Shown: piece by piece, positions 52,286 to 64,000 of the stretch
How the letters are laid out: each line of letters starts with the position of its first letter
Position numbering within the stretch: position 1 is the first letter of the stretch
Assembly: GCA_030141605.1 (NCBI GenBank)
Contig: JAQGDQ010000171.1
Span: forward strand, 372,001 to 436,000
Direction: 5' to 3'
DNA from: Tubiluchus corallicola
Taxonomy: Eukaryota; Animalia; Priapulida
Length of the DNA stretch: 64,000 nucleotides
Notes under the pieces: generated by a model
Told to the model about the DNA's origin: nothing
Seen by the model: the letters and a program-made list of their open reading frames with translations, nothing else
Database searches by the model: none
Made by a program: the position numbers and the translations under genes

Positions 52286-53134
52286 GTGTTTTCACTATAA
52301 ATACTATATTACTGTTAACAAATTATTTGAAAATCATACTATTCAGACTGATTTGTTGATTAGTATGCTAACTAACTTACTAGCCAGTCAATTAACTGAA
52401 ACAGTTTGACTAACAAATAGCTAAGTTTCAAATCATAGGTTTAGCATCCTCCATTCTTTAGACAAGCGCCTCTAAACACTTAATTGTAAAATTGAATTCA
52501 GCCGGAAAAGCAACATCCGTTAAATTTGCTTAATGCAACTAAATACCCAAATTCTTCATATCTTTAAACAGTTAATGCGAAGCGCAAAAAACTAGTCTGC
52601 TTAATGAAGTCTATATATAGGCAGGAAAGCGAGATATTCTATAGTATTGTGCCTGATGTCTTTTAGTAGAAGGGATATAAATGAAAACTCGGTATTACGT
52701 GAAATTTGAAGCAACTCTTCTTTAAAAGTGCAGAAATAATTGTAAAAGCTTGACGTCTAGTTTGCCGTCATTTGTTAAATGATTGATAAGGGATTGTTCA
52801 AGCTGCCTATGTCATGTTCTAATGTAATTCAAATCAGTCATTCATGCACTTGTTGATTTGTGGCAATATTAAAATATGAGTTAGACAGGTAGGTGCATTT
52901 CAAGACACAATGCCCAAGTCATTTTCTGACGTCAGCATGAAAGTAAATTTTGACAAAACTGAAGTTTTAATTGAAAAATGAAAGACTGAGCCGCAGGCAG
53001 ATAGAATTCGAATTAAACTTTTTTTACTGATCGTGACCTACGGGGTTTGTATGGATTGGTTCGTTTAAAATCGCTGTTAATAAATGGATCCATTGGTTTT
53101 CTCATGAAATGACTCTTATACTCCTTTCTAGCTT

Positions 53135-53420
<286 letters not shown>

Positions 53421-53564
53421 CAGATCATTAAACGATGAAAATAAGAAAATTGCAGGACGATGAACCATTATATTTGCCGTTGCAGTTTTGCATAATTTAG
53501 CCATTTAAAATGAAAGTTTCTGTTTTCAGTTTTGGTTCCTGGCTACAGCTGTGAAGATGGATAA

Positions 53565-63565
<10,001 letters not shown>

Positions 63566-63570
<5 letters not shown>

Positions 63571-63634
63571 TAGCGTACCGTTAACTGTGTTGATGTGTTG
63601 TGATAGCGTACCGTTAACTGCGTTGATGTGTTGT
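63566..63634. repeat. 33-bp tandem duplication spanning the opsin stop codon
   Basis: Two copies of TGTGATAGCGTACCGTTAACTG(T/C)GTTGATGTGT. Confidence 0.85.
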
Positions 63635-64000
63635 CTGTTGTGCTTTCACTGCATTTGCACAATCGTTTTATTGCAACTTTTCGTGTGTTGCTTGGCAAAC
63701 AGACGGGACGGTGCATTGTTTAGTGTACATATAGATATTATAAGTTGCTCACACACTTTCGCATATCGATTTTTAGAGCGTTTTTTCAAAGTCCAAACCA
63801 GGAGAACAACTAAATGTTAACATGATTACCGGGTGAGTACTTAAGGTCTATGTCCGGGGTTGTAAAAACAATGATCAATAGTACGAACAATTTATTTCAT
63901 TAAAGTTTTACTCGGTCAAATAAAGACTCTGTCATGCCTTTAATATTTACGTTGAAAGCTTCATATATCTCGTACAGCCTGTAACCTTGCGAAGGTATGA

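Overview
AT-rich eukaryotic genomic DNA, probably from a bilaterian invertebrate, with spliceosomal introns, many microsatellites and many non-autonomous transposons. I reconstructed five intron-containing genes by hand, checking splice sites and phases: Van Gogh/Strabismus (+, 5'-partial), mitochondrial ATP synthase subunit g (-), a C2orf81/DUF4639-like gene (+, head-to-head with subunit g), a secreted 14-exon animal heme peroxidase (-, about 808 aa) and a rhabdomeric melanopsin-like opsin (+, about 580 aa) head-to-head with the peroxidase. Main points of interest: the divergent peroxidase/r-opsin pair; a 134-aa low-complexity insert with a furin-type site, an in-frame CMPLTR duplication and a GC-AG intron in the peroxidase; a long opsin tail ending in a PDZ ligand (ETKL); a 5S-rRNA-headed SINE with target-site duplication; and an inverted-repeat element with hammerhead-ribozyme cores on both arms. 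No prokaryotic systems are present. Family assignments come from recalled motifs; no database searches were run.
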